A stretch of 64,000 nucleotides of DNA from Vulcanimicrobiota bacterium (GCA_963820825.1 CAWGBN010000008.1:384001-448000); one strand, 5' to 3'; positions 30,513-40,888 are shown, counted from the first letter of the stretch. Translations and numbers: made by a program. Notes: a model not told the origin generated them from the sequence alone.

Positions 30513-31449
30513 CTAGCGTGATTCGAGTCGAACCTGCGGTAGCAACTCGTCGAAGTCTTCGCGGCGGCAGAGATGCGCCGCCGGCGTCATCGCCGTCCCA
30601 GCGCCCGCCGCGGTTCCAAGGCGTAGGCCTTCCGCTAATCCGCTCTCCTCGTTGAGGGCGATCGCCGAGACCCGCGACCATCGAATCACCCGAGCCGACG
30701 CTGCTGCACGTGCGAACCGCCGGCGCGAAGGCCTTCCAGCACTCCGACGGTCCAAGCGCAATCGCACCCGCCGCTCCTTGCGAGACGACCACGTGCTCGG
30801 CCCCGAGTTCTTGCAGACGGCGTGCAGCCGCGAGCGCATCGGCATCATCGTGAATTGCGCGGCCCAGTAACGCTTCGGCCTCTTCGATGTCGGGCTTGAT
30901 GAGCGCCGGCCGCGCGCGCACGGCGTGCGCGAGCGCGGCGCCGGAGGTATCGACGATCGTCCGCACGCCACGATCGCGCAGCCATGCGACGAGCTGCGCG
31001 TAGGTCTCCTCCGGCAATCCCGGCGGCAGGCTGCCGCCGAGCACGACGACGCCGCCGCTAGGAACCTGTTGCAGACGGAGCTGCAGATCGGCGATTCGCG
31101 CGGGATCGACGCGCGCTCCGGGAAGATAGATCCGGCTGCGCCGCGCGCTCGACGTTTCGTAGAGCATCACGTTGAGGCGCGTCATCTCCTCGACGTCGTC
31201 GAAGGCATGCATGACGTGCTCGGCATCCAGGCACGAGCGGATCATCGCACCGGTGACGCCGCCCACGAAGCCGAGCGCGATCGTTTCTCGCCCGAGGCGA
31301 TGGATGACGCGGCTCGCGTTGAGGCCTTTACCGCCGGCGTCGAGCGAGCCCAAGCGGCAACGATTGATGTTACCGAGCAGAAACGCTTCGATCTCGACCG
31401 CCTGATCGACGGCCGGGTTCAGCGTAACCGTCATGATCGGACCGCTCAT
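30513..31449 (-). CDS. pfkB: 1-phosphofructokinase/PfkB family hexose kinase, frameshift near 30670
   Basis: TVTLNPAVD, GGKGLNASR, GGSLPPG, IKP, SSVGSGDSMVAG; C-terminus LRLGTAAGAGTA in a shifted frame ending at 30513. Confidence 0.9.
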
Positions 31450-31458
31450 CGTCAACTC

Positions 31459-31563
31459 CTAATCGATTCGCTTGCGGAAGCGCAGCACCGCTGTGGCAAA
31501 GACGGCGAGCCCGAGAGCGAGCAGCGTGAGAATCTGTGGCCAGAGATAATCGAGCCCGGCTCC
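31459..31563 (-). pseudogene. C-terminal 34 codons of an ABC-2 (YbhR-like) permease
   Basis: GAGLDYLWPQILTLLALGLAVFATAVLRFRKRID* with no upstream coding sequence. Confidence 0.65.
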
Positions 31564-31634
31564 AGCGTAGAGCCGGCCTGAGAATTAGTCGGGAATGCGA
31601 CGTTCACCACATCTTCTCGACGCTGCCCTACAGT
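31564..31634. promoter_or_regulatory. Back-to-back TTCNC-N6-TTCNC-N10-TANNNT promoters
   Basis: Plus: TTCAC 31603, TTCTC 31614, TACAGT 31629, ATG 31641. Minus: TTCCC, TTCTC, TACGCT at 31564-31569. Confidence 0.75.
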
Positions 31635-31640
31635 CGCGCC

Positions 31641-34073
31641 ATGGGAAGCACGATTGCGACACCCGCCTTCACCGACTGCCTCGAGGAACGGCCGTTCATT
31701 CGACCCTTCCGCAGCATCACCAACGCCGACGTGGCCGCGGTGGGCGGCAAGAATGCGTCGCTCGGCGAGATGTACCGTAACCTGGCATCGCTTGGCGCCC
31801 GCGTACCAAACGGTTTCGCGGTCACCGCCGACGCCTACCGCAAGGTACTGACGCGCGCGGGAGGCTGGGAGCGACTACGCGCGGCGCTCGACGGTCTCGA
31901 CCCCGCCGATCTCACCGACTTCGGCGCGCGCGCGCAGCGGGCGCACGCGATCGTGATGGAGGCGCCGTTGCCGCAGGAGCTGAGCGATCAGATTCTCGCC
32001 GCGTACGGCGAGCTGCGCGAACAGTACGGCGACGAGGTCGGCCTCGCGGTGCGCAGCTCGGCGACGGCCGAAGATCTGCCGACGGCGAGCTTTGCCGGAC
32101 AACACGAAAGTTTTCTCAACGTTCGCGGCGATGCGATGCTCCTCGAAGCCTATCGCCGCTGCCTCGCGAGCCTCTTCACCGAACGGGCGATTCACTACCG
32201 GCTCGATCAAGGATTCGATCACTTCAAAGTTTCGCTCTCAGTCGGGATCATGAAGATGGTCCGCTCCGACCTCGCCTGCAGCGGCGTCGCCTTCACGCTC
32301 GATACCGAGAGCGGCTTCCGCGACGTCGTGCTCGTCACCGGCGCTTACGGTTTGGGCGAGAACGTCGTGCAGGGGAACGTCGACCCCGACGAGTTCTACG
32401 TACACAAGCCGACCTACGCGCAGGGTTACCGCGCGGTCTTGCGCCGCCGGCTGGGAAGTAAAGCGCTGCGGCTGATCTTCGCCGAAGGCGATCGTGCCGG
32501 CACGACGACGCAGAACGTCGAGACCGACGAAAGCGATCGCAAGATCTTCTGCCTCCACGACTATGAAGTGCTCGAACTTGCCGGAACCTGCATCGCAGTC
32601 GAACGCCACTACAGCGAGCTCGCCGGAACGCCGCTGCCGATGGATGTCGAATGGGCCAAGGACGGGTGCGACGGATTGATCTACTTGGTGCAGGCTCGTC
32701 CCGAGACCGCCGCCTCGCGCAAGAGCGCGGCGATCGTCGATGAGTACCGGCTCGAAACGGCGGAGCAACCGGTCGTCGTCGGTCGCGCAGTGGGGACGTC
32801 GGTCGCGGCCGGTCCCGTGCACGTCGTGCACGACGATACCGATCTCGCGCGCTTTCGCCCCGGCGACGTGCTCGTTGCCGAGAGCACGACGCCGGATTGG
32901 GAGCCGGTGATGAAAAGCGCCGCGGCGATCGTCACCGATCGGGGCGGACGGACCTGTCACGCGGCGATCGTGGCGCGCGAGCTGGGAATTCCCGCGGTCG
33001 TCGGAACCGGCAACGCGACGCAACTGCTCGCAGCGCAGAGCGAGGCAACGATTTCGTGCGCTGCAGGCGAGGAGGGGCGCGTCTATCGCGGCCGGGTTCC
33101 GTTTACACGCAGCGAGGTGGACGTCGGCGAACTTCCGTCGCCTCCGGTGAAGCTGATGCTGACGCTCGCCGATCCCGAGAGCGCCTTCGCGCGCAGCTTT
33201 ATTCCCAACGACGGCGTCGGACTCGTGCGCATCGAGTTCATCGCCTCGGACGAGATTGCGGCACACCCGATGGCCCTGCTCCATCCCGAGCGGGTCGCCG
33301 ATGCCGCGGTGCGAGCGAGACTGCGCGAGCTCGCCGCAAACGACGGCAGCGGCCCGGAGTACTTCGTGCGCAAGCTGGCCGAAGGCGTGGGAACGATCGC
33401 GGCGGCATTCTATCCCAAGCCGGTCGTCGTGCGCATGTCCGATTTCAAATCGAACGAGTATGCGAAGCTGATCGGCGGCGCCGCTTTCGAACCCGTCGAG
33501 GCCAACCCGATGCTCGGCCTGCGCGGCGCGTCACGCTACACGCACCCGATGTACGCCGAGGCATTTGCCTTGGAGTGCGCGGCGATGAAGCGCGTGCGCG
33601 AGAAGATGGGATTGAACAACGTTATTCTCATGATTCCGTTCTGCCGGCGCACGGGCGAAGCGAAGGCGGTGGTCGAGCGCATGGACGAACTCGGACTGCG
33701 CCGCGGCGAGAACGGGCTGCAGCTCTACGTGATGTGCGAGATTCCCAACAACGTGGTGCAGATCGACGAGTTCTCGAAATACTTCGATGGGTTCTCGATC
33801 GGTTCGAACGACCTGACGCAACTCGTGCTCGGCGTCGACCGCGACTCCGACCTCGTTGCGCCGGAGTTCGACGAACGCGATCCCGGGGTGCTGGAGATGC
33901 TGCGCCAAGCCGTCACCGGAGCGCACCGCAACGGCCGCTACGTCGGCATCTGCGGACAGGCACCCTCGGATTATCCCGAGATGGCCGAGTTTCTCATCGG
34001 TCTGGGAATCGATTCGATCAGTCTCAATCCCGACAGCGTGATTGCAACGATGCGGCGGCTCGCGAACCGTTGA
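31641..34073 (+). CDS. ppsA: Phosphoenolpyruvate synthase
   Basis: VGGKNASLGEM, AVRSSATAEDLPTASFAGQ, GGRTCHAAIVARELG, SIGSNDLTQ, ICGQAPSDYP. Confidence 0.97.
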   Translation: MGSTIATPAFTDCLEERPFIRPFRSITNADVAAVGGKNASLGEMYRNLASLGARVPNGFAVTADAYRKVLTRAGGWERLRAALDGLDPADLTDFGARAQRAHAIVMEAPLPQELSDQILAAYGELREQYGDEVGLAVRSSATAEDLPTASFAGQHESFLNVRGDAMLLEAYRRCLASLFTERAIHYRLDQGFDHFKVSLSVGIMKMVRSDLACSGVAFTLDTESGFRDVVLVTGAYGLGENVVQGNVDPDEFYVHKPTYAQGYRAVLRRRLGSKALRLIFAEGDRAGTTTQNVETDESDRKIFCLHDYEVLELAGTCIAVERHYSELAGTPLPMDVEWAKDGCDGLIYLVQARPETAASRKSAAIVDEYRLETAEQPVVVGRAVGTSVAAGPVHVVHDDTDLARFRPGDVLVAESTTPDWEPVMKSAAAIVTDRGGRTCHAAIVARELGIPAVVGTGNATQLLAAQSEATISCAAGEEGRVYRGRVPFTRSEVDVGELPSPPVKLMLTLADPESAFARSFIPNDGVGLVRIEFIASDEIAAHPMALLHPERVADAAVRARLRELAANDGSGPEYFVRKLAEGVGTIAAAFYPKPVVVRMSDFKSNEYAKLIGGAAFEPVEANPMLGLRGASRYTHPMYAEAFALECAAMKRVREKMGLNNVILMIPFCRRTGEAKAVVERMDELGLRRGENGLQLYVMCEIPNNVVQIDEFSKYFDGFSIGSNDLTQLVLGVDRDSDLVAPEFDERDPGVLEMLRQAVTGAHRNGRYVGICGQAPSDYPEMAEFLIGLGIDSISLNPDSVIATMRRLANR

Positions 34074-34987
34074 GCCCGCATCTCGATCGGTTCATCGCGC
34101 GGTGCCGCGGCTTCGAGCCGATGCGCACCGCGGTGGTGTACCCGTGCGATGCCGTTGCGCTCGAGAGCGCGCTGGTGGCCGGTACGGCCGGACTTATCGC
34201 GCCCATCCTCGTCGGCAACGCGCGCGCGATCGCCGCGCTGGCGCGCTCTGAAAGACTCAGACTCGAGGGAGTAACGATCGTCGATGCCGCCGACGACCGC
34301 GATGCGGCGGCGCGCGCCGTCGAGCTAGCGCGCGACGGCACCGCCGAAGCGCTGATGAAGGGCAGTCTGCACTCCGACGTGCTCCTCCACGCCATCGCCG
34401 CGCCCGACTCGGGCTTGCATACGGAGCGCCGGCTCTCGCACGCATTCGTGCTCGACCTTCCGGCGCACTCCGAACCGCTGCTCGTCACCGACGCCGTCGT
34501 CAACATCGCACCCGATTTGCACGATAAGCACGATATCGTGCAGAACGCGATCGATCTCGCCCGCGCGCTGGGCATCGAAGAGATTCGCGTCGCGCTGCTC
34601 TCCGCGGTCGAAACGGTCAATCCCAAGATCCACTCGACCGTCGACGCAGCGGCGCTCTGCAAGATGGCCGACCGCGGACAGATCGTGGGCGCTGCGGTCG
34701 ACGGTCCACTCGCGCTCGACGACGCGCTCAGCACCGAAGTCGCCCGCGAGAAGGGCATCGTTTCGCCGGTCGCAGGACGCGCCAACGTTCTCGTGGTTCC
34801 GGAGTTCGAATCGGGGAACATACTGGCGAAGGCGATGATGCTCGTAGGCAGCGCGACGGCAGCGGGGCTCGTGCTCGGCGCACGCGTTCCGGTTGTTTTA
34901 ACCAGCCGAGCCGACACGATCGGCGCGCACGTCGCCTCGCTTGCGATCGCGCGCCTGCTTCACGCCTCGAGCGCTTGCGGATCCTAG
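34070..34987 (+). CDS. Phosphate acetyl/butyryl-transferase
   Basis: LMKGSLHSD, TDAVVNIAP, LSAVETVNPK, DGPLALDDA, GNILAK, LTSRAD; TTG overlaps the ppsA stop. Confidence 0.92.
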   Translation: MSPHLDRFIARCRGFEPMRTAVVYPCDAVALESALVAGTAGLIAPILVGNARAIAALARSERLRLEGVTIVDAADDRDAAARAVELARDGTAEALMKGSLHSDVLLHAIAAPDSGLHTERRLSHAFVLDLPAHSEPLLVTDAVVNIAPDLHDKHDIVQNAIDLARALGIEEIRVALLSAVETVNPKIHSTVDAAALCKMADRGQIVGAAVDGPLALDDALSTEVAREKGIVSPVAGRANVLVVPEFESGNILAKAMMLVGSATAAGLVLGARVPVVLTSRADTIGAHVASLAIARLLHASSACGS

Positions 34988-35727
34988 CACTCAACCTTCG
35001 TGCCGGCGGCAACGCCGGCACCATTCCACAGATTGTCCGCCGCATCGCCCATCGCGATGCGGAGATCGTGGTGCTTTCGGAGTACCGGGATACCCGCGCC
35101 GGAGCTCTAGTGCGTGACGAACTCGGGCGGATCGGCCTGGGCAATCAGGCTTATACGCCGGCAAACCGCGGCAACGGCGTCTTAATCGCCGCCGCGTCGC
35201 ACTTTGACGCTCTGCCCAATCCCTTCGGTCTCCCCGACGAGGATTACCCGAACGCCGTTTTGCTCGCGCGCTTTCGTTCTATGCGCATGTACGGCGTCTA
35301 TCTGCCAGGGCAAGACCGGAAGCGGCCGCACCTGCGATGCCTCATCGCAGCCGCAAAGCAGCAGAATCAAGCCGGCGATGCGGCGATCTGCATCGGTGAC
35401 TTGAACTCCGGGCGCAACGAGACCGACATCGAGATCAACGTGCGATCCGGGCGACTTCGCGATGAGTTCAGCACCGCCGATCTCTACTACGAGCTCGAGC
35501 AAGAGTGGACCGAGGCCTGGGCGCACCTTCATCCCGGGGAGTACGAGTTCAGCTGGTATCCATTTCGCCGGGATCCGGGGTTTCGCAGCCGGGCCGGCTG
35601 GCGGATCGACAAGGCCTTTCTCTCGCCGGCGCTCCTACCGAAGCTCCAAGCAGCCGAGTACGATCACGTCTTCCGGCTCGATGGACTCAGCGACCACTCT
35701 GCGCTTATCGTCGATCTTGCTTTTTAA
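34975..35727 (+). CDS. Endonuclease/exonuclease/phosphatase family protein
   Basis: LNL..., VLSE, IGDLN, WRID, SDH motifs. Confidence 0.88.
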   Translation: MRILALNLRAGGNAGTIPQIVRRIAHRDAEIVVLSEYRDTRAGALVRDELGRIGLGNQAYTPANRGNGVLIAAASHFDALPNPFGLPDEDYPNAVLLARFRSMRMYGVYLPGQDRKRPHLRCLIAAAKQQNQAGDAAICIGDLNSGRNETDIEINVRSGRLRDEFSTADLYYELEQEWTEAWAHLHPGEYEFSWYPFRRDPGFRSRAGWRIDKAFLSPALLPKLQAAEYDHVFRLDGLSDHSALIVDLAF

Positions 35728-36268
35728 AGGCTTTATGCGCGGCCTCGATGAGCTTATCGGCGTCTTTCCGGGAGCACTGGCCCTCGAACGTTATTTTATT
35801 ACCTTCCTCTTCCGAATACTCAACGAGAAAACGCTCGATGCCGTGTAACAGCTCTTTCGGGACGTCGCCAAGCTCCTCGAAGTCGTCGGTCTTGAGCGCG
35901 ACGCCTTTGCGCCGGCGGGGACATGCGACGAGCCGATCGTTCTTTACGCCATTCTTCTTGAGAAGAACTCCGCCGATGACGCGAACCTCCAGCAAACAGC
36001 CGGAAAAGGTCGGCGCATCGTTGAGAACCAGCACGTCGAGTGGGTCGCCGTCGTCTCCGAGCGTCTGCGGGATGAAGCCATAATCGTAAGGCCACATCAG
36101 GCCTTCGGCTAAGGTCATCTTCAGCCGCATAATCCCGTACTTCGGCTCGAATGCGAACTTGTGGCGAATGCCGGCCGGCGTTTCGATTACCGCGAAGACG
36201 AACTCTTTGTCCTTCGGCACCCGCGTCGGGATCATGTCGTAGTTCGTCGCGTTGACGGCCGTACTCAT
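35705..36268 (-). CDS. ppa: Soluble inorganic pyrophosphatase (family I)
   Basis: YDYGFIPQTLGDDGDPLDVLV. Confidence 0.93.
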   Translation of the reverse strand: MSTAVNATNYDMIPTRVPKDKEFVFAVIETPAGIRHKFAFEPKYGIMRLKMTLAEGLMWPYDYGFIPQTLGDDGDPLDVLVLNDAPTFSGCLLEVRVIGGVLLKKNGVKNDRLVACPRRRKGVALKTDDFEELGDVPKELLHGIERFLVEYSEEEGNKITFEGQCSRKDADKLIEAAHKAFKKQDRR

Positions 36269-36273
36269 GGTTA

Positions 36274-37119
36274 CTATCTACCACCTTCGAGACGTTGTGA
36301 ATACACGTGCGTAAACTCGGCGCCCAAAAGCACGATCTGCGCCGAATAGTTCGCCCAGATAAGAAAGATAACGATTCCGCCGAAGCTCCCATAGCCCCCA
36401 GAGAGCGCCGCGCGCCCGAGATACCACCCGAGCAGAGACTGACCGAACACGAATAATGCAGCGGATATCGCAGCACCCAGCCAAACCTCGTGCCAGGCGA
36501 TGCGGCGATCCGGTAGAGTCTTATAGATCGCAGCGAAGAGCAGCGTGACAAGAACGGCGGAGAGCGCGAAGTCGAGGATTTTGACCGAGAGGGGATTGGC
36601 GGGGAAGACCTGCGTCAGCGCGCCGGCGGCGACCGTCAACGTGGAGTTAATCGCGACCGACATCAGCAGAAGAAACGCGACCGCCAAGACCATTCCAAAT
36701 GAAAGCAGCCGCGTTCTCAGCGTTTGCAGAAGATTTTGCTTGGCCGGCGTAACGTCCCAGATCGTATTGAGCGCCTCTTGTAGCGAGCCGAAGAGCCCCA
36801 CGGCGCCCAATGCGAAGACGATCCAGCCGAGGATCTGCGCGATGGCTCCGGAGCGCCGTTGTGACAACGTTGCCGAGACGATCGACCTGACACCGCTCGC
36901 CGCCGGGACACCGGCCGTCCTGGACAGATAGTCGTAGAGCTCGGTGAGGGCACGCTGGTGCTCTCCTAAGAAAGCGCCGGCGATATCGACGACGACGATA
37001 ATGAGCGGCGCGATCGCAAAGAGCGTATAATATGCGATCGCCGCGCTCAGCCATTGCGCCTTGTGGCGCCGAAACTCCCCAAGCGTCTCCTTGACGAGCG
37101 AAAGAATAGGTGCGCTCGT
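36274..37119 (-). CDS. YihY/BrkB family membrane protein; start codon non-canonical or mis-called
   Basis: Frame open upstream of 36867: SAAIAYYTLFAIAPL; LQEALNTIW; YGSFGGIVIFLIWANYSAQIVLLGAEF. Confidence 0.88.
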   Translation of the reverse strand, partial: TSAPILSLVKETLGEFRRHKAQWLSAAIAYYTLFAIAPLIIVVVDIAGAFLGEHQRALTELYDYLSRTAGVPAASGVRSIVSATLSQRRSGAIAQILGWIVFALGAVGLFGSLQEALNTIWDVTPAKQNLLQTLRTRLLSFGMVLAVAFLLLMSVAINSTLTVAAGALTQVFPANPLSVKILDFALSAVLVTLLFAAIYKTLPDRRIAWHEVWLGAAISAALFVFGQSLLGWYLGRAALSGGYGSFGGIVIFLIWANYSAQIVLLGAEFTHVYSQRLEGGR

Positions 37120-37123
37120 GCGG

Positions 37124-37660
37124 TTAGCGCCTCGTCTGTTTCTTCCGCGCGGTCGCTCGCTTCGGCGACGATCGTTTCTTCGCCGAAGACTTTCGCACCG
37201 AGTTATTGCGGGCCGGCGCCATCATGCGGTCCTTTGCGGCCTGCATCGTCTCGCCAAGCTCCTCGAGCTCGTCGCCGTCGAGCAACTCGCGGGCGAGCGA
37301 GAAGATCGTCGACTCTTCTTCTTTGACGTGATGCTTGACGTTCTCGCCGAGCACCTGAACCTCGGCCTTGAACTGCTCGTCGGGCTGGCGTCCCGACTTG
37401 AGCAGGTCGATGAGCGTCTTGATCAGCCCGTGCTCGGTGTAGGCCTCGAAGACGTCGACGCTCTCCTCGGCCTCCTCGGCGCGATCTCGCAGCACGGGAT
37501 AGAAGTACTTCTCTTCAATTGTCGCGTGAACGGTTAACGCCGATTCGATCTGCTCGGCCAGAGCGTCGAGGCGCTCGTCGCCCGGTTCGCATTCCACCGC
37601 CTCGTCGAGCAGCGCCGCAACGGTACGGTGATCTTGCTTGAGTAGCGTCAATACGTCCAT
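37124..37660 (-). CDS. Hemerythrin-domain protein
   Basis: LKQDH, HATIEEKYFYP, EH, HHVKEEE; basic tail. Confidence 0.9.
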   Translation of the reverse strand: MDVLTLLKQDHRTVAALLDEAVECEPGDERLDALAEQIESALTVHATIEEKYFYPVLRDRAEEAEESVDVFEAYTEHGLIKTLIDLLKSGRQPDEQFKAEVQVLGENVKHHVKEEESTIFSLARELLDGDELEELGETMQAAKDRMMAPARNNSVRKSSAKKRSSPKRATARKKQTRR

Positions 37661-37720
37661 CGGTGAAATCTCCTTTCCACCGACGGTCTGCCCCATATCG
37701 CGACGGGCGAAACCTCGCCG

Positions 37721-38722
37721 CTAGCCGGTATGTAGTACCGCGGCGCCGCGCAGCTCGTCGTGTTTGAGCATCGTGAGCGCGCGGTTCGCTTCGGCTAACG
37801 GCATGCCGACGGTATAGGTTTTGATCGGAATCTCACCGGCGATGCGCAGGAACTCTTCTCCGTCGGCGCGCGTGTTCGCGGTGACGCTGCGAATCTCGCG
37901 CTCGTAGAACAGGTCGCGTTCGTAGTCCAGCGGCGGAATCGGCGAGAGGTAGATTCCCGCGATTGCCAAGATGCCGCCGCGATCGAGCGATTCCAAGGCC
38001 GGCGGCACCAGATCGCCGGCCGGAGCGAAGAGAATCGCGGCATCGAGTGGTGCCGGCGGCTTCTCGGCCGCTTCGCCGATCCAGTCGGCGCCGAGCTCCT
38101 CTGCCAACTCGCGATGCACGCCCCCGCGGCTCATCACGAAGACGCGGCACTTCCAATGCTTGAGCACCTGCAGCGCGAGATGCGCCGAGCCGCCGAATCC
38201 GTAAAGTCCGACGATCGCGCCGGGAACGACGCCGGCGCGCTTGATCGCGCGAAAGCCGATGATCCCCGCGCAGAGCAGCGGTGCGGCGTGCTCGTCGTCG
38301 ATCTGCGGTGGGATTGCATAGGCGAAGTCTTCGCGCACGACCGCATACTCGGCGTAACCGCCGTCGTGATCCCACCCGGTGAAGCGCGCGTTGGGGCAGA
38401 GATTCTCGCGTCCGCGTCGGCAGAACGCGCAGGTACCGTCGGTCTCGCGCAGCCAGGCGATGCCGGCGCGATCGCCGAGCGCGAAGCGGCGGGTTCCCGA
38501 TCCGAGCGCTTCGACGACGCCGACGACTTCGTGGCCGGGAACGATCGAGGCATGCTTCGGCGCGAGCTCGCCCTCGGCGACGTGCAGATCGGTCCGGCAG
38601 ACCCCGCACGCGGTGACGCGCACGAGAATTTCTCCATCGCCGGCTTGGGGGCGCGGCCGCTCGACCAGACGCAGCGGATTGTTCTCGATCGGCGCAGGCC
38701 GCTCTAAAACGATCGCGCGCAT
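37721..38722 (-). CDS. Zinc-binding alcohol dehydrogenase (AdhA-like)
   Basis: CGVCRTDLH, PGHEVVG, CAFC...ENLC, APLLCAG, GLYGFG. Confidence 0.95.
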   Translation of the reverse strand: MRAIVLERPAPIENNPLRLVERPRPQAGDGEILVRVTACGVCRTDLHVAEGELAPKHASIVPGHEVVGVVEALGSGTRRFALGDRAGIAWLRETDGTCAFCRRGRENLCPNARFTGWDHDGGYAEYAVVREDFAYAIPPQIDDEHAAPLLCAGIIGFRAIKRAGVVPGAIVGLYGFGGSAHLALQVLKHWKCRVFVMSRGGVHRELAEELGADWIGEAAEKPPAPLDAAILFAPAGDLVPPALESLDRGGILAIAGIYLSPIPPLDYERDLFYEREIRSVTANTRADGEEFLRIAGEIPIKTYTVGMPLAEANRALTMLKHDELRGAAVLHTG

Positions 38723-38728
38723 CGTTGG

Positions 38729-39388
38729 TTACGGACGGATCGAAATGAGGTTCTCGACGTGGCTGACGCCGGGCAGGCTCCAGGCTGCGGCCGCGGCGTT
38801 CTCGCGGTCGAGCCAGGTTCGAACCGAGCCCGCAAGCGTGACCGCACCGCCGGAGAGCGTAATGGTGATGCCGCGCGCCTCCTGGTCGGCCGTACGTTCG
38901 AGTGCGTCATGAATCTTGCGCCGAATTTCGTCGGCGGTCAGTGGAATCTCCGCCTTGACCGCGATCAGATTGGCAACCGACCGCACACCGGTCACTCGGC
39001 GCGCTTCGGCAGCGGCTTCTTCGGCTTGACGGTGCCAGCGCACCTCACCGCTGAGCGTCACGCAGCCGTCTTGCACCAAAAACGTCACCTCGCGCGGAAT
39101 CATCGGATTCGCTTCGAACCGGCGCTCGATTGCAAGCGCGATGTCGGTCTCGGTCAGTTGGTGCGTCGCGGGGAGCTCCACGACGAGCTCGTCGGCGATG
39201 CCGCGAACGCCCCGCACGCGCTTGGCAGCATTTTCGGCGTTCCAGCGCTCGTCGAAGCTCGAAACGGTCCCCCGTAAGGTTACGACTCCATCGCGCACGG
39301 TTACCGCAATCTCCTCGGAGTTGATGCCGGGATCGAAAGCGATCTCCTCGATGATTCGCTCCTGGAGCTCCAGCGACGTCGCATCCAT
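38729..39388 (-). CDS. BON-domain protein (three BON domains)
   Basis: Three GxVTLxGxV...GVxxVxNxI repeats. Confidence 0.92.
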   Translation of the reverse strand: MDATSLELQERIIEEIAFDPGINSEEIAVTVRDGVVTLRGTVSSFDERWNAENAAKRVRGVRGIADELVVELPATHQLTETDIALAIERRFEANPMIPREVTFLVQDGCVTLSGEVRWHRQAEEAAAEARRVTGVRSVANLIAVKAEIPLTADEIRRKIHDALERTADQEARGITITLSGGAVTLAGSVRTWLDRENAAAAAWSLPGVSHVENLISIRP

Positions 39389-39394
39389 GCGCTC

Positions 39395-39464
39395 ACTCTA
39401 CGGGGCTCCTGCGAAAGTAATGCGAAGAGAAGCTCATCGGTTCTTCACAGGAGAGGCATAGGGT
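39395..39464. promoter_or_regulatory. Back-to-back direct-repeat promoters (BON gene / HPF gene)
   Basis: Minus: TTCGC-N6-TTCGC-N10-TAGAGT-N6-ATG. Plus: CTCAT-N6-TTCAC-N10-TAGGGT-N7-ATG. Confidence 0.75.
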
Positions 39465-39471
39465 TCACGTT

Positions 39472-39852
39472 ATGAGCGTTCCGGTACAAGTCACCTTCCG
39501 CGGCGTCGATCCATCGGACGCGCTGAGCGAGCTCATCGACAAAGAGGCCGCTAAGCTCGAGGCAATTTTCGCCCGAATCATCCGCTGCCACGTCACCGTC
39601 GAGAAGGTGGAGCGACACCTGCGCAACGGCGCGCCGTTCCAAGTCCGCATCGATTTGACCGTTCCCGGTGCAGAACTCGCGATCGACACGGCTCGAAGCC
39701 TTCGGGCTCCGGCCACCGACGACGAGACGCCGATGCGGCGCAAAAGCGCCGAAATCGACGCGATGCATAAAGACCCGGCACTGACGATTCGCGACGCCTT
39801 TCGCCGCGCGCGCCGGCGGCTGCAAGACTGGATCCGCCGCCGTCGGGAGTAG
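39472..39852 (+). CDS. HPF/RaiA-family ribosome-associated protein
   Basis: QVTFRGVDPSDAL...CHVTVE...VRIDLTVPGAEL...IRDAFRRARRRL. Confidence 0.85.
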   Translation: MSVPVQVTFRGVDPSDALSELIDKEAAKLEAIFARIIRCHVTVEKVERHLRNGAPFQVRIDLTVPGAELAIDTARSLRAPATDDETPMRRKSAEIDAMHKDPALTIRDAFRRARRRLQDWIRRRRE

Positions 39853-39862
39853 CGCGCGCGGC

Positions 39863-40885
39863 TCAGGGTGATACAGGGGCGAGCGCGATCTTGCGGATCT
39901 CATTCGATCCCCAATCGACGACGTAGAGGGCGTTCTCCAGCGGATCGTAAGTCAGGTCTCCGGGCGTCGAAAAGCGCGCCGCCGCGCCGACTCCGTCGAC
40001 GCTGCCCGAGCTCTTCGCGCCAGCCAACGTCGTAACGTTCCCGCCGGCGTCGATTCTACGCACGGCATTATTCTGCGAATCGGCGACGTAGACGTTGTCG
40101 GCGGCGTCGCATGCGACGCCCGTCGGCCGATCGAAGCGAGCCGCCGATCGCGCGCCGTCGACGAAGCCGGCGCTCCGCGATCCGGCAAGCGTCGAAACCT
40201 TGCCGCTGTCGTCGATTGCTCGAATCTCGTTATTGCCGGTGTCGGCGACGTAGAGCGTATTCGATTCGCTGCAATAGGCGAGACCGTGCGGATCGTTCAG
40301 CGATTCCGCCAGCGTGGTCACTCGGCCGCGCGCATCGACCATGCGAATGCGATTGCGGCAGCCTTCGGCTACGTACAGCGCTCCTGAGTGTGGATCTGCG
40401 GCGAGTCCGGCGGCGCCGCCGTAGTGCGCGTTGCGCGGCGAGGCGTGTGCAAACCCCGAGGGATCTCCGGTGACGAATCGAGACCGGCCGTTCGCGGGAT
40501 CGATCGCAACGATACCGTCGAACTCCGGTGGCGGGGCGGCAGCCACCGAACCGCACGAAACGCCGCCGATCAAGACGTAGATTCGACGATCGTCCTGATG
40601 GAACGTCATCGCATTGGGCGAGACCGCATAGGCGAGTATCTCGACGTCGCCCAGTTGATCGATGCGCCAGATCGAATCCTTGTTCTCGACGTACGGCCCG
40701 AAGAACGGCACGGTTCCGGCTCCGTTCCAATAGCCGACGTAGATATCGCCGGTTACCGGGTCGCGCACGATTCCGTGCAGATGCGCGCCGGCCGTCGGAC
40801 CGCGCAGAAGATTCGCCTTGACGACGGTCGTGACCGTACCGGAGGCCGTCATCGTTACCGCGAGGAGGAGTGCGGCAAGGTTCAT
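39863..40885 (-). CDS. Secreted NHL-repeat protein
   Basis: Signal peptide; YVADTGNNEIR, DGxxxAARFxxP, YVADSQNNAVRRI. Confidence 0.88.
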   Translation of the reverse strand: MNLAALLLAVTMTASGTVTTVVKANLLRGPTAGAHLHGIVRDPVTGDIYVGYWNGAGTVPFFGPYVENKDSIWRIDQLGDVEILAYAVSPNAMTFHQDDRRIYVLIGGVSCGSVAAAPPPEFDGIVAIDPANGRSRFVTGDPSGFAHASPRNAHYGGAAGLAADPHSGALYVAEGCRNRIRMVDARGRVTTLAESLNDPHGLAYCSESNTLYVADTGNNEIRAIDDSGKVSTLAGSRSAGFVDGARSAARFDRPTGVACDAADNVYVADSQNNAVRRIDAGGNVTTLAGAKSSGSVDGVGAAARFSTPGDLTYDPLENALYVVDWGSNEIRKIALAPVSP

Positions 40886-40888
40886 CGT

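Noticed and set aside
32897..34069. 696-aa fusion ORF overlapping ppsA
   Set aside because: Arg-rich off-frame translation of ppsA; only 34070-34987 is the acyltransferase
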